Below, piece after piece: positions 1-9,220 of a DNA stretch of 64,000 bases. The stretch covers positions 11,152 to 75,151 of the IMG/VR virus record IMGVR_UViG_3300009320_000011. One strand, given 5' to 3'. Numbering within the stretch: position 1 is the first letter of the stretch; every line of letters begins with the position of its first letter. The position numbers and the translations under genes were made by a program. Below the pieces are notes generated by a model that saw only the letters and a program-made list of their open reading frames with translations, searched no databases and had not been told where the DNA came from. This stretch comes from a virus.

Positions 1-357
1 ACCAACCAAAATTTAATATCAGATGTGTCAAATGCTAGTTACCAAAATATGCAGTATACATTTATTAATTCTGTTGGCAAGCGTTGGATAAATAAATATG
101 GTTTGGCAATTGCAAAGGAAATGCTTGGTTGGATTCGTAGTAAATATAATACAGTACCAATACCCGATAATGAAGTAACATTGAATGGCGACGCGCTGAT
201 TACGTCAGCTGAAACTGATAAACAACATTTAATTGAGGAATTGCAAGCAACATTAGAGGAATCAAGTAGAACAAAATTATTAGAAAAACGAAAAGATGAA
301 TCAGAATTCGTTCAGGAAGAAATGAATAAGATTCCTCTCCAAATTTACGTTGGGTAA
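1..357 (+). CDS. Neck/head-completion protein (T4 gp13-like), C-terminal part; the start lies outside the window
   Basis: Frame is open from base 1; motif YGLAIAKEMLGWIRSKY..IPIP..EVTLNG..L and C-terminal IPLQIYVG are typical of gp13-like neck proteins; lies upstream of a gp14-like gene. Confidence 0.7.
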   Translation, partial: TNQNLISDVSNASYQNMQYTFINSVGKRWINKYGLAIAKEMLGWIRSKYNTVPIPDNEVTLNGDALITSAETDKQHLIEELQATLEESSRTKLLEKRKDESEFVQEEMNKIPLQIYVG

Positions 358-361
358 AATT

Positions 362-784
362 ATGATAAAATTAAAACAAATATTAGAGTATGGAGAAACT
401 CTTAAAGCTTTGCATAAAGCATCATCCACAAAAGAGATTGAAGCACTTAAGAAAGACATAAGAAAGGATTCAGGCTGGAGTAATAGTGATATTGATTATA
501 TGTTGAGAAAATATAGAAAAGACATAAAATATAAAGGACCGGATATATATCAACCACCACCAAAAACTGTTCCAGTTAAAAAAATACAATGGAATGATTC
601 AAAATATAAGAAATGGATTAAAGACTCAGCATCTGGTGGTGGAAAATATCATTCATATGATATGGCACAGAATGCAAAAATGGAGCATGGTTTATTGGAT
701 TTTGTAAAGAAAAAAATTAGAAGAGAATATGGTGATGAAACGCCTTTAGAAAGAATTCAATGGGATATTGAAGCTCATATATAA
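362..784 (+). CDS. Hypothetical protein with short leader MIKLKQILE (leader family B)
   Basis: ATG at 362; N-terminus matches the MKLKxLLxE-type leader on several other ORFs. Confidence 0.6.
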   Translation: MIKLKQILEYGETLKALHKASSTKEIEALKKDIRKDSGWSNSDIDYMLRKYRKDIKYKGPDIYQPPPKTVPVKKIQWNDSKYKKWIKDSASGGGKYHSYDMAQNAKMEHGLLDFVKKKIRREYGDETPLERIQWDIEAHI

Positions 785-785
785 T

Positions 786-1136
786 ATGAAATTACTCGAA
801 AAAATAATAGGACAACTATCTGATAAAATTGATGTAGTGGTTATGATCGATAAAACGCAGCACGCCGGAAATCGTCAAGATCGACATGAAGATCATATTG
901 AAGAACCCGAAATTATGACTGTAGCGAATAAATCAATTGAACAAGTAGCAAAATTATTAATGTTCGATAGAATAGATGTAGGTGATTATATTCATATACA
1001 TGATAAAAGGTCTGATCTAAATTTAGTTGGGTTAATACAAACAAATGGAAATCGGCTACAAATTAAAGTAATTACTGTGATGAGAAAAAAGAATTTCAAA
1101 GCAAAAGAAAATACATATACAGTGGAGGTGAATTAA
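786..1136 (+). CDS. Hypothetical protein, possibly BECR/RelE-like RNase fold
   Basis: ATG at 786; TxHAxxR motif and C-terminal VITVMRK strand; fold assignment is inference. Confidence 0.45.
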   Translation: MKLLEKIIGQLSDKIDVVVMIDKTQHAGNRQDRHEDHIEEPEIMTVANKSIEQVAKLLMFDRIDVGDYIHIHDKRSDLNLVGLIQTNGNRLQIKVITVMRKKNFKAKENTYTVEVN

Positions 1137-1639
1137 TGCTCTGGGGATCTGATCGGGATGTGAGCTTCATTAAAAAAATTAATGAAGAATTAATAACAGA
1201 TGTTATTGATACCGAAGTTGCGGTATATAAACTTATTGTCGGACAATCAGGAAAAAATGTATATGATGAATCTGGTGGCAAAAATAAATCGTATTATTAT
1301 CCAATTAAAATATCATGTCTGATCAAACGAGATGTACAGCAATTTGAATCAGACGAATTTGGTGTCAACTATAAAGCAGCTGGTAGATTTGCATTCTTAC
1401 GTGATACGTTAGTTGAAAAATCATTATATGTTGAAGTGGGTGATATAATCGAATGGGATAATGAATTTCATGAAATCGATACAGTTGAAGAAAATAAATA
1501 TTTTGTAGGCAAAAATACAGAAACAGATCTAGGCGGAAATACGCATGGATACAATGTTTCATTAATCTGTGATACGCATCTTACGAATCGAGAGAGATTG
1601 CAACTTGTGGATCGTCGATATGGAGATAACAATGACTGA
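1136..1639 (+). CDS. Neck/head-closure protein (T4 gp14-like)
   Basis: D..F...INEEL, NVYDES..K.Y, VGDII.W...F.EI motifs; position between gp13-like and gp15-like genes. Confidence 0.7.
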   Translation: MLWGSDRDVSFIKKINEELITDVIDTEVAVYKLIVGQSGKNVYDESGGKNKSYYYPIKISCLIKRDVQQFESDEFGVNYKAAGRFAFLRDTLVEKSLYVEVGDIIEWDNEFHEIDTVEENKYFVGKNTETDLGGNTHGYNVSLICDTHLTNRERLQLVDRRYGDNND

Positions 1640-1850
1640 AAAAATAAGACAAATAATTAGAGAAGAAATCAAAAAAGCAATCAACGAAGGATCAGCCATA
1701 AATAAAGCAGATAATGAGATATATCGTGGTCTAACTGAATTAAGAAAAGCAATTATGAAAGAGAAACCCGAGGCTATAGAGGAATTTAGAAAGATAAAAA
1801 AGGCGGTAGATAAAGCATTGTCTAATTTTTATCAAAAATATGATTTATAG
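1632..1850 (+). CDS. Leader family A small protein (MTEKIRQIIREEIKKAINE-)
   Basis: GGAG upstream of ATG 1632; shared leader. Confidence 0.75.
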   Translation: MTEKIRQIIREEIKKAINEGSAINKADNEIYRGLTELRKAIMKEKPEAIEEFRKIKKAVDKALSNFYQKYDL

Positions 1851-2075
1851 GAGATAATCGAGAGTGTTAGGCTTAGTATACGTCCACACCCATATAGTAA
1901 AAAAGATGAAAAAATGATAATGAAAGTTGTAAAGGACTATGGTGGTAAACTCGAAGATGTGGGAGATAAAGGAGCAACATTCATTTTCAACTCACCAACA
2001 ATGAATGATTATAAATTAGCGCAAGCACTTAGAAATGCAAAACTAAAGAATTATGATGTTACTGAAATAGGATAA
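1851..2075 (+). pseudogene. Cargo-like ORF lacking its leader and start (EIIE-SVRL...); an internal ATG at 1914 could be used
   Basis: 74 open codons after TAG 1848-1850; the AGGAG RBS is followed by no ATG; begins at an IIE site. Confidence 0.4.
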
Positions 2076-2077
2076 AC

Positions 2078-2956
2078 ATGGCACGCACTTACCGAAAACC
2101 GGAACTAAAAAAGACTTACAGCTCAACTTCTGATAACAAGGAATTTGTTAGAGCGGAACAGGTTCGTCATGATAAAGACGATGTAAAAGACCTTGGAATT
2201 GGGTTAGAGGATATTGATGAAGCATTTAAGTTCTTTTTAACTGATATAATTAAACCACATATAACTGAAGGCGGTGAAAGAATAAAAGTGCCGGTGTTAT
2301 ATGCAAATTCTGATAAGTGGGTCTCAATACAAAAAAATGGCGTATTACGTGATGAAAAAAATAGACTAATGCTGCCATTAATTGCATTTAGACGCAATTC
2401 AATTGAAGAGAGAGCTGATCTAAAAAGATTGGAAGTCAAAAAATTCGATAATGATGCTAGATATACATTTTCAACTCAATATAACAAATATAATAGCTAT
2501 AGTAAATTTTCAAAATTAAATAATGTAAAACCAGCAAAAGAATTTTATACAGTAACAATACCAGATTATGTACGAATTCCATATGATGTGATTATTTGGA
2601 CGCAATATAACGAACAAGTTAATAAAATTATCGAACAAATAATATTTCATGAAGGCAGTGCATATGGTGAAAAATATAAATTCACAATTAAATCTGATGA
2701 TTTTACGTTCGAATCTGTAAACGAAACAGGACAAGATAAATTGGTCAAATGTACAGCTACACTACACGCGAATGCCTACATAGTACCAGAGGATGTTGGA
2801 TTTATTACAAATATGAAGAAATCATTTTCACCACAAAAAATAGTATTAACTGAAAAAGTAACGGACGATATCAACCAAGTATCAGCTCCAGCGAATACTG
2901 TGAAGAAAAGTTACATTTCTAGTGAAAAAATTAACGAAAAAAACAGAATAAATTGA
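2078..2956 (+). CDS. Tail terminator/sheath stabiliser (T4 gp15-like)
   Basis: IKVPVLYANSDKW, LPLIAFRR and PDYVRIPYDVIIWTQYNEQVNKIIEQI motifs; upstream of the sheath gene. Confidence 0.75.
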   Translation: MARTYRKPELKKTYSSTSDNKEFVRAEQVRHDKDDVKDLGIGLEDIDEAFKFFLTDIIKPHITEGGERIKVPVLYANSDKWVSIQKNGVLRDEKNRLMLPLIAFRRNSIEERADLKRLEVKKFDNDARYTFSTQYNKYNSYSKFSKLNNVKPAKEFYTVTIPDYVRIPYDVIIWTQYNEQVNKIIEQIIFHEGSAYGEKYKFTIKSDDFTFESVNETGQDKLVKCTATLHANAYIVPEDVGFITNMKKSFSPQKIVLTEKVTDDINQVSAPANTVKKSYISSEKINEKNRIN

Positions 2957-3016
2957 TTTTGAAGTTTTTTTCTTATATATATAGATGAACAATTAATCAA
3001 AAAAAACAAAAAATTT

Positions 3017-3280
3017 ATGGAAGAAAAAATTAAGTTTTCAGAAGAAGAATTATCCAAATTAAAGGATATTCAAACTGAGTTTGCAAATATTGTTAGTAAT
3101 CTTGGCCAACTTGAAGCACAAATTATTAACATAAACAATCAAAAAGGATTTTTAATTGAAAAATACAATGAAATCCAGACAAATCAAAATAAACTAGCAC
3201 AAGAATTTAGTGCTAAATACGGAACGGGGACATTAGATCTTGAAACAGGTGAGTTCGTTCCACAAGAACAAACGGAGTAA
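3017..3280 (+). CDS. Small coiled-coil protein
   Basis: Heptad-rich sequence ending KYGTGTLDLETGEF. Confidence 0.65.
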   Translation: MEEKIKFSEEELSKLKDIQTEFANIVSNLGQLEAQIININNQKGFLIEKYNEIQTNQNKLAQEFSAKYGTGTLDLETGEFVPQEQTE

Positions 3281-3282
3281 AA

Positions 3283-3507
3283 ATGAAAAAATCTGAATTC
3301 CGAGAATTAATACGAGAAGAAGCTAAGAAACAATTAAATGAATACGCACTAGATGCATCACATAGACGCTTAAATGAATCTATAAAACATTATGTTAAAG
3401 AATACCAAAGTGCGTTCGGTGATGAATTTTTACATGAAGGAATAGCACAGTCATTAAAAAGATTCGTACCAGCAGACCAAGTTAAAAAGATAAAAGAATA
3501 TTTATAG
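3283..3507 (+). CDS. Leader family A small protein (MKKSEFRELIREEAKKQLNE-)
   Basis: GGAG RBS; shared leader. Confidence 0.75.
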   Translation: MKKSEFRELIREEAKKQLNEYALDASHRRLNESIKHYVKEYQSAFGDEFLHEGIAQSLKRFVPADQVKKIKEYL

Positions 3508-3568
3508 TAGGAATTTAGAAAATTAACAAAAAAACAAACATAATTAATAACAAAAAAGGAGTTAAATA

Positions 3569-5335
3569 GTGAGTAGTGAAAAAATTATTTCTGCTGGTGT
3601 ATTTACCAGAGAAAATGATCAATCTTTTTTACCACAAGGAATAGGAGAAATTGGAGCAGCAATAGTTGGTCCAACCGTAAAAGGTCGAGCATTGGTACCG
3701 ACGTTGGTATCATCTTATGCTGAATACCAGGAATTGTTTGGTGATACATTCGATTCGGGTAGTGACTCATATCAATACTTGACATCAATGTTAGCCGATA
3801 GTTATCTGAAATATGGTAATAATTTATTGGTAACAAAAATATTAGCTGGCAGTTATAGTGCAGCTGATAGTCAAATTCCAAAAACCGGTAGTCTTTGGAC
3901 AGATGCAGAGAATGTAGCTGCATCAGCATCATTTACATTATATACACTGGGTGATGGAGCTATTTTGAATAGTACAAGCTCAATCGGCACAAATAACCTA
4001 TTATCAAGTGGTTCAAAAGATAACTTCCAGTGGGAAGTATCAAACGTAAATAGTACTAAAGGAACATTTACATTATTGATTCGTCGTGGTGATGATAATA
4101 TAAAACGTAAGGTTATTCTTGAACAATGGAATAACTTGAACATGGATCCAAAATCATCCAATTATATTGTAAAAAGAATCGGAGATCAAGTATATACAAT
4201 ACGTGATTCTGGTACGACAACACCATTCTTACAATTAAGTGGATCATACGAGAACAAATCAAAATATGTACGCGTATCAATTAATAGTACATACCAAACA
4301 CCAGATTATCTTGATGAAAACGGGAACGTAAGAAAACCAGAATATAGTGGTTCACTACCAGGACCATCAAGTGGATCATTCGCAAACGGCTCAGACGGTA
4401 ATGTAAAACATCCACAAAATTTCTATGAAAATATCGCAAACGCAAATACACAAGGATACGATCCTAATGTAGAAGGCAGCGGTAGTACAGCATATTTAGA
4501 TGCTTTGAAAATTTTATCAAATCAACTAGAATACGACTTTAACTTACTATTGTTACCGGGAATCATCGACAACCAATCAAACCATGAAGCAGTAGCAACT
4601 AAAGCAGTTGATGTATGTGAAGATCGTGGTGATTGCTTCTGTATACTTGATCCATGTATTTATGCATCATCAATTACAGATGCAACTACTGAAGCGGGGA
4701 CACGTGATACAAACTACTCGGCACACTACTGGCCGTGGGTAAAAATGCCAGATATTCAAACGGGCAAAAATGTGTGGGTACCAGCGTCAATCGCTGCAGC
4801 ACGTGCATTTACATTCAATGATAAAATCGGTTATCCATGGTATGCACCAGCAGGTCTAAATCGTGGAGCATTAGATAATGTAATATCAGCAGAAAGAAAA
4901 CTGACTAGAGGTAATTTAGATGATCTATATGATGCTAATGTTAATCCAGTAGCAACATTCCCAAGAGAAGGTGTAGTAATTTGGGGACAAAAAACACTCC
5001 AAAAGAAAGCATCGGCACTTGATCGAATTAATGTTCGTAGATTGTTAATAGCAGCTAAGAAATTTGTTGCATCAAGTTCGAGATATTTAGTTTTCGACCA
5101 AAATACAACAGCATTAAGAAATAAATTCTTGAATATCTGTAATCCTTATTTCGAGGACATACAGAGTAAACAAGGACTTTATGCATTTCGTTGTGTTATG
5201 GATGAAACAAATAATACATCTGATACTATTGATCGTAACGAATTACATGGAGCAATATATCTGCAACCTTCTAGAACAGCGGAATTTATTTTAATTGATT
5301 TCAACATTTTGCCGACTGGCGCTGTTTTCGCTTAA
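3569..5335 (+). CDS. Tail sheath protein (T4 gp18-like)
   Basis: SAGVFTREND, PWYAPAGLNRG, NPVATFPREGVVIWGQKTLQ..SALDRINVRRL, YLQPSRTAEFI motifs; GTG start after AGGAG. Confidence 0.95.
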   Translation: MSSEKIISAGVFTRENDQSFLPQGIGEIGAAIVGPTVKGRALVPTLVSSYAEYQELFGDTFDSGSDSYQYLTSMLADSYLKYGNNLLVTKILAGSYSAADSQIPKTGSLWTDAENVAASASFTLYTLGDGAILNSTSSIGTNNLLSSGSKDNFQWEVSNVNSTKGTFTLLIRRGDDNIKRKVILEQWNNLNMDPKSSNYIVKRIGDQVYTIRDSGTTTPFLQLSGSYENKSKYVRVSINSTYQTPDYLDENGNVRKPEYSGSLPGPSSGSFANGSDGNVKHPQNFYENIANANTQGYDPNVEGSGSTAYLDALKILSNQLEYDFNLLLLPGIIDNQSNHEAVATKAVDVCEDRGDCFCILDPCIYASSITDATTEAGTRDTNYSAHYWPWVKMPDIQTGKNVWVPASIAAARAFTFNDKIGYPWYAPAGLNRGALDNVISAERKLTRGNLDDLYDANVNPVATFPREGVVIWGQKTLQKKASALDRINVRRLLIAAKKFVASSSRYLVFDQNTTALRNKFLNICNPYFEDIQSKQGLYAFRCVMDETNNTSDTIDRNELHGAIYLQPSRTAEFILIDFNILPTGAVFA

Positions 5336-5358
5336 CATACACTAAAATAAAAACTGAG

Positions 5359-5387
5359 AAAAGATGGTAGAAATACCATCTTTTTTT
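5359..5387 (+). terminator. Intrinsic terminator after the sheath gene
   Basis: AAAAGATGGTA-GAAA-TACCATCTTTT followed by a T run. Confidence 0.85.
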
Positions 5388-5395
5388 ATGCAAAA

Positions 5396-5427
5396 CTTGT
5401 TTTTCTCAACTAATAGTATTATATTCG
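5396..5427 (+). promoter_or_regulatory. Bacteroidota-type sigma70-like promoter (variant)
   Basis: CTTG-N20-TATATTCG; same geometry as the sites at 24766, 28185 and 42807. Confidence 0.5.
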
Positions 5428-5452
5428 TACTACAATACTTTCTTAATTTTCT

Positions 5453-5476
5453 TATATTTATACTAAAGTGGAGCAT
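5453..5476 (+). promoter_or_regulatory. Putative late promoter TATATTTATA plus RBS
   Basis: ATATTTATACTAAAGTGGAGCAT is repeated exactly at 12252-12274; core also at 10753, 16222 and 42831. Confidence 0.6.
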
Positions 5477-5478
5477 AA

Positions 5479-5757
5479 ATGAAATTGAAGGATATTCTCA
5501 GAGAATCAAAAGAACGAATAATAGCTAATGACATATCAGATTACTGGAGAACACATATTGGCAAATGGTCTCCAATATTATTCAAATCAAAACTAGAAAA
5601 ATATATAGATGACGTACTACAATATCACAGCGTAACATCAGATGATTTACCAAAAAAAGTAGCTGACTACTGGTTTAATAAACTGCATGGTACAACAAAT
5701 GAAAATTCCATAAAACAAAAGATTAGAAGCTTTATTGAAAAGGAGCTAAAAAAATGA
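5479..5757 (+). CDS. Leader family B small protein (MKLKDILRE-)
   Basis: Shared short leader; GGAG RBS. Confidence 0.7.
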   Translation: MKLKDILRESKERIIANDISDYWRTHIGKWSPILFKSKLEKYIDDVLQYHSVTSDDLPKKVADYWFNKLHGTTNENSIKQKIRSFIEKELKK

Positions 5758-5972
5758 AAAGATCAGAACTAAGAAAATTAGTACGAGAAGAAGTTAAGAA
5801 AGCGCTTTTAAAAGAAAATGCTAAAGAAAAACTGATAGATAAATTACTAAACACAAAATATGCGGACGATGATCCAAAATACGATCAATCAAATTATAAA
5901 TATCTAAATAGTTTGCCTATTCAGAAGTTGAAAAAGATGATCGACGACTGGGATGATTATGAAGAAAGATAA
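5754..5972 (+). CDS. Leader family A small protein (MKRSELRKLVREEVKKALLKE-)
   Basis: Shared leader; ATGA overlap with the previous gene. Confidence 0.75.
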   Translation: MKRSELRKLVREEVKKALLKENAKEKLIDKLLNTKYADDDPKYDQSNYKYLNSLPIQKLKKMIDDWDDYEER

Positions 5973-5975
5973 TAT

Positions 5976-6035
5976 ATGAAAACATCTGAATTCCGAAAAT
6001 TAGTACGAGAAGAAATTAGAAAAGAATTAAAATAA
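5976..6035 (+). pseudogene. Leader-only mini-ORF MKTSEFRKLVREEIRKELK*
   Basis: Translated by hand; a family A leader with no cargo. Confidence 0.6.
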
Positions 6036-6051
6036 GTGGAGTAAAACAATT

Positions 6052-6130
6052 ATGAAACGATCAGAATTAAAACAAATATCAAAAAGTTAATTGACAAATG
6101 GTCAACTGACGTAAAAAAGAAAGGTATTTA
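6052..6130 (+). pseudogene. Internally deleted family A gene (MKRSELKQI joined out of frame to ...IKKLIDKWSTDVKKKGI*)
   Basis: Leader start, then frame change into a short open C-terminal remnant. Confidence 0.55.
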
Positions 6131-6136
6131 AATAAA

Positions 6137-6463
6137 ATGAAACGAAGAAAGATAATATATGAATCAGAACTAAAACAACTAATTCGGGAAGAAATTAGAA
6201 AGCAATTAAGTGAAGTAAATTTAGACAATAATCAAAAGCTTGAATTAATTAAAAAAGAAAAGGGATATATCGAATTTCGGGGCCAAAAAATGGAAATCAT
6301 CTCAGTGAGAAATAAATTAATATTTTTTGATAATGGTTCGACTTTACAAGACATATATCCAGAAGCTTTAACTCTTTCAGATAAAAAGTATAAAGGCAAA
6401 AATGTTTGGAAACTGAGTTTGGACAAAGCATTCCAGAAACATTATCTATATAATATAAGGTAA
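6137..6463 (+). CDS. Leader family A protein (..SELKQLIREEIRKQLSE-)
   Basis: Shared leader with an N-terminal extension. Confidence 0.75.
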   Translation: MKRRKIIYESELKQLIREEIRKQLSEVNLDNNQKLELIKKEKGYIEFRGQKMEIISVRNKLIFFDNGSTLQDIYPEALTLSDKKYKGKNVWKLSLDKAFQKHYLYNIR

Positions 6464-6515
6464 AAACATTTGGATTTGGAATGCAGGATTCAAAATAAAT
6501 GGGAGTAATAACATT

Positions 6516-6597
6516 ATGAAACGATCAGAACTAAAACAATTTAGTTAAAAAATTAAAAGGCTGGAAATATAAACTAGTATCAGGAAAAATCATATGA
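6516..6597 (+). pseudogene. Internally deleted family A gene (MKRSELKQ joined out of frame to LVKKLKGWKYKLVSGKII*)
   Basis: GGGAG RBS and leader start, early stop; the remnant's stop overlaps the next ATG. Confidence 0.55.
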
Positions 6598-6854
6598 AAA
6601 AATCAGAACTAAGACAAATCATAAAAGAAGAGATTATAAAAGAGTTGAATGAATTTAATTGGCCACAATCGAAATTGAGTCCAATATTTGTCAATCATTT
6701 AAAAACTGAACTTGATTCTAAATTTCGTGGATATGATATATATGGGAAAGGATATGACATATATGTAGATGGCATAAAAATAATGACTGTGAATCCAGAT
6801 AAAGACTCAGTTAATACTATAGTTCAAAAAATAAAACAAACACTGGGAAAATAA
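6594..6854 (+). CDS. Leader family A protein (MKKSELRQIIKEEIIKELNE-)
   Basis: Shared leader. Confidence 0.8.
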   Translation: MKKSELRQIIKEEIIKELNEFNWPQSKLSPIFVNHLKTELDSKFRGYDIYGKGYDIYVDGIKIMTVNPDKDSVNTIVQKIKQTLGK

Positions 6855-6856
6855 CT

Positions 6857-7105
6857 ATGAAAAAATCAGAATTAAGACAAATCATAAGAGAAGAAATCAA
6901 AAGTATTCTAAAAGAGAGCTATAAAATTGATACCGACTCAGCATCTGATGCTGATAAAATAAAAGATATACTAAGGAAAAAGAAAATTAAATTCAAACAA
7001 ACTGGATCTATAATTACAATTATGTTAAATAGAAAATCAGCACAATCATCTATGATAAATTCACAATTTGATAAGATTGTTGGCAACCATTGGAAAGAGA
7101 TATAA
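6857..7105 (+). CDS. Leader family A protein (MKKSELRQIIREEIKSILKE-)
   Basis: Shared leader. Confidence 0.8.
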   Translation: MKKSELRQIIREEIKSILKESYKIDTDSASDADKIKDILRKKKIKFKQTGSIITIMLNRKSAQSSMINSQFDKIVGNHWKEI

Positions 7106-7108
7106 TTT

Positions 7109-7990
7109 ATGAAAAAATCAGAAATAAGAAAAATAATTAAAGAGGAAATCAAAATTGCTATACGTGAATCTAATATTCCCAGCAATATCGAAAAATGGAT
7201 TAAGCAACGTGGACCAGAAACTACTAGAGATGTTAGAACGATAGGCAATTGGGTGAAAAAAATTACAGGTCACGGAATTTCTGGTGGGACTGCAATTGGG
7301 AAAGGATATGATACTCTCGTACTAGACATTAAATACCAAGATGCTGCTATTTATTATGATACTTATGAAGGAACAATAAAATTATATGGAAAAAAGGTCG
7401 TTGGATTTCAAGAATTCAAAAGAGTATTTCAATATTACAACACTAAATTAACTGAATCCAAAATCAAAAAAGGTGATATCGTAAAACCAAAAATTGGTCC
7501 ACACAAAGGACTAAAACATAAAGTTATCCATGATTTTGGTAATGGTAAATATAATATACAGCCAATCGGATTGAAACCAAAACAAATAAGATATAGATTG
7601 GGAGCTGCTGGAGCAAAAGAACAAGATTTGGAATTAGTGGAATCAAAAGAACCAATTTTAGAGAAAGAAGATATAACCCCACAAGACGGACAATATCTAA
7701 GTTTCAGTGATGCAGATAGAAATATTAGACCAATTTGGGTAAAGGGTAAAAAGATTAAGGTTGGAAACAAAGGAAAAGCACCATATGCTGTTATAGGAAA
7801 AAAGAAAGATAAACTTCAATTTATAGGCAATTATTTTTATGTTGATATTGATAACATAAAACAAAGAGGAACAATATCTGGTAAACCGGCTTGGATACTA
7901 AAAAATTATAAGAAAGCAATCAATGGAAAAGACTTAGAAGCAAAATTACTCAATCGAAGCGGTGATTTTGTATATTATATAAATCTATAG
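7109..7990 (+). CDS. Leader family A multi-module protein (MKKSEIRKIIKEEIKIAIRE-) with a KOW/SH3-like module
   Basis: Shared leader; internal LTE/LVE/ILE junctions; IKKGDIVKPKIGPHKG resembles KOW. Confidence 0.75.
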   Translation: MKKSEIRKIIKEEIKIAIRESNIPSNIEKWIKQRGPETTRDVRTIGNWVKKITGHGISGGTAIGKGYDTLVLDIKYQDAAIYYDTYEGTIKLYGKKVVGFQEFKRVFQYYNTKLTESKIKKGDIVKPKIGPHKGLKHKVIHDFGNGKYNIQPIGLKPKQIRYRLGAAGAKEQDLELVESKEPILEKEDITPQDGQYLSFSDADRNIRPIWVKGKKIKVGNKGKAPYAVIGKKKDKLQFIGNYFYVDIDNIKQRGTISGKPAWILKNYKKAINGKDLEAKLLNRSGDFVYYINL

Positions 7991-7992
7991 AT

Positions 7993-8172
7993 ATGAAACT
8001 AAAACATCTCATAGAATCTGATCCGCAAACATATAAACGATTATCATATGTCCGAGCGAGCATTGGTAATATAAGGCGAACACTTCGTCAAATAGACTGG
8101 ACGAAAGCAACTGATAATGAAAAACGAGAAATCAAAAGAACGATACAACAGTTAGTTCAAATTATAAAGTAG
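7993..8172 (+). CDS. Leader family B small protein (MKLKHLIE-), 59 aa, absent from the ORF track
   Basis: Translated by hand: MKLKHLIESDPQTYKRL...QIIK*. Confidence 0.65.
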   Translation: MKLKHLIESDPQTYKRLSYVRASIGNIRRTLRQIDWTKATDNEKREIKRTIQQLVQIIK

Positions 8173-8179
8173 GAGAAAT

Positions 8180-8403
8180 ATGAAAAATCAGAATTAAGAC
8201 AAATCATAAGAGAAGAAATTCAAAAAGCATTAAATGAAATTTCTAGATTATCATTTCGAGAATGGTTTGCTGAAAACAAAAATTCAGATGAGCTAACACA
8301 TATGTATAATGATTATAAACACGAACAAAAACAAATGGGACTTAAAGCAGATCCATTCATTAAATGGGCTAAAGAATACTTCAAGTCTGTAATAGATAAA
8401 TGA
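8180..8403 (+). pseudogene. Family A gene with a 1-nt deletion in the A run after ATG ([MKK]SELRQIIREEIQKALNE-)
   Basis: AGGAG RBS; ATG followed by 5 A rather than 6; adding one A gives an intact ~74-aa ORF. Could be a sequencing error. Confidence 0.6.
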
Positions 8404-9002
8404 AAAATCTACTAAAAATACTACTAATAGTACTTCTTACATCATGTGCAACATTAACATATGATTATGATGATGTATATTATACTACAGAGCAAACCGT
8501 TAATTTTATACCTGGAATATATCAATACTATACTCCACCACTAATATTCTATTGGGACTATACGTATTCCGGATGGCAGTATAATTTATATTGTAATTGC
8601 TATCAGTATTATAGTTGGTATTCATGTCGTTGGTATAATTATTATTGGATATACAATCAATATCCAAGATGGTATGCATACAATCACTATTATGGAAGAC
8701 GCTATTCACCAATGCCGAATCATAAAAGACAGGTTCAAAAAATTACAACACCAAACCAAAGACCAGTAACATCAAATAAAAGACAAATCATACCAAAACA
8801 AAGACCATCAAATAATCGAACTAGACAAATCACACCAAAACGAAGACCACCAACTTACCAAAATTTTACACCAAGAACTCAATCAAATAAAAATAAATCA
8901 CATATATATAATAGAAGCACACCACAAAGAAGAAGTGAACCACAAAGAATTAATCCAATACGAACTGCACCAAAATCAAAAATAGGAGCTAGAAGAAAAT
9001 GA
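8400..9002 (+). CDS. Lipoprotein with a Tyr/Trp-rich core and an Arg/Pro/Gln-rich tail
   Basis: MKNLLKILLIVLLTS-C lipobox; low-complexity segments. Confidence 0.7.
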   Translation: MKNLLKILLIVLLTSCATLTYDYDDVYYTTEQTVNFIPGIYQYYTPPLIFYWDYTYSGWQYNLYCNCYQYYSWYSCRWYNYYWIYNQYPRWYAYNHYYGRRYSPMPNHKRQVQKITTPNQRPVTSNKRQIIPKQRPSNNRTRQITPKRRPPTYQNFTPRTQSNKNKSHIYNRSTPQRRSEPQRINPIRTAPKSKIGARRK

Positions 9003-9220
9003 CCGAAATCAAACAAAAAATTAGAGACATGATTGCGGAGGAAATCAAAAATTTCAAATCAATCAAAGAAGCAACCACTGAAAAAGTGGATGGAATTCTT
9101 GTCGTAACAAATTCAAACGGATCAGTTGAACTGCATTTACCACAAGGTATGAAAGGCGTAGAGCTTAAGAAATGGTTAGCAAAACATCCAGACATAGATA
9201 AGAAGTGGTCTAAGAAATAG
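8999..9220 (+). CDS. Leader family A-like protein (MTEIKQKIRDMIAEEIKNFKSIKE-)
   Basis: Divergent version of the shared leader. Confidence 0.65.
   Translation: MTEIKQKIRDMIAEEIKNFKSIKEATTEKVDGILVVTNSNGSVELHLPQGMKGVELKKWLAKHPDIDKKWSKK

Noticed and set aside
1845-1853. TTA TAG GAG as a hop or readthrough site
   Set aside because: Flanking codons do not match and TAGGAG looks like an RBS; loss of a leader by deletion fits better
5754-8220. CRISPR array or DGR suggested by the recurring leader DNA
   Set aside because: Repeats are degenerate, coding, irregularly spaced and vary at synonymous positions; no reverse transcriptase or adenine-specific variation seen
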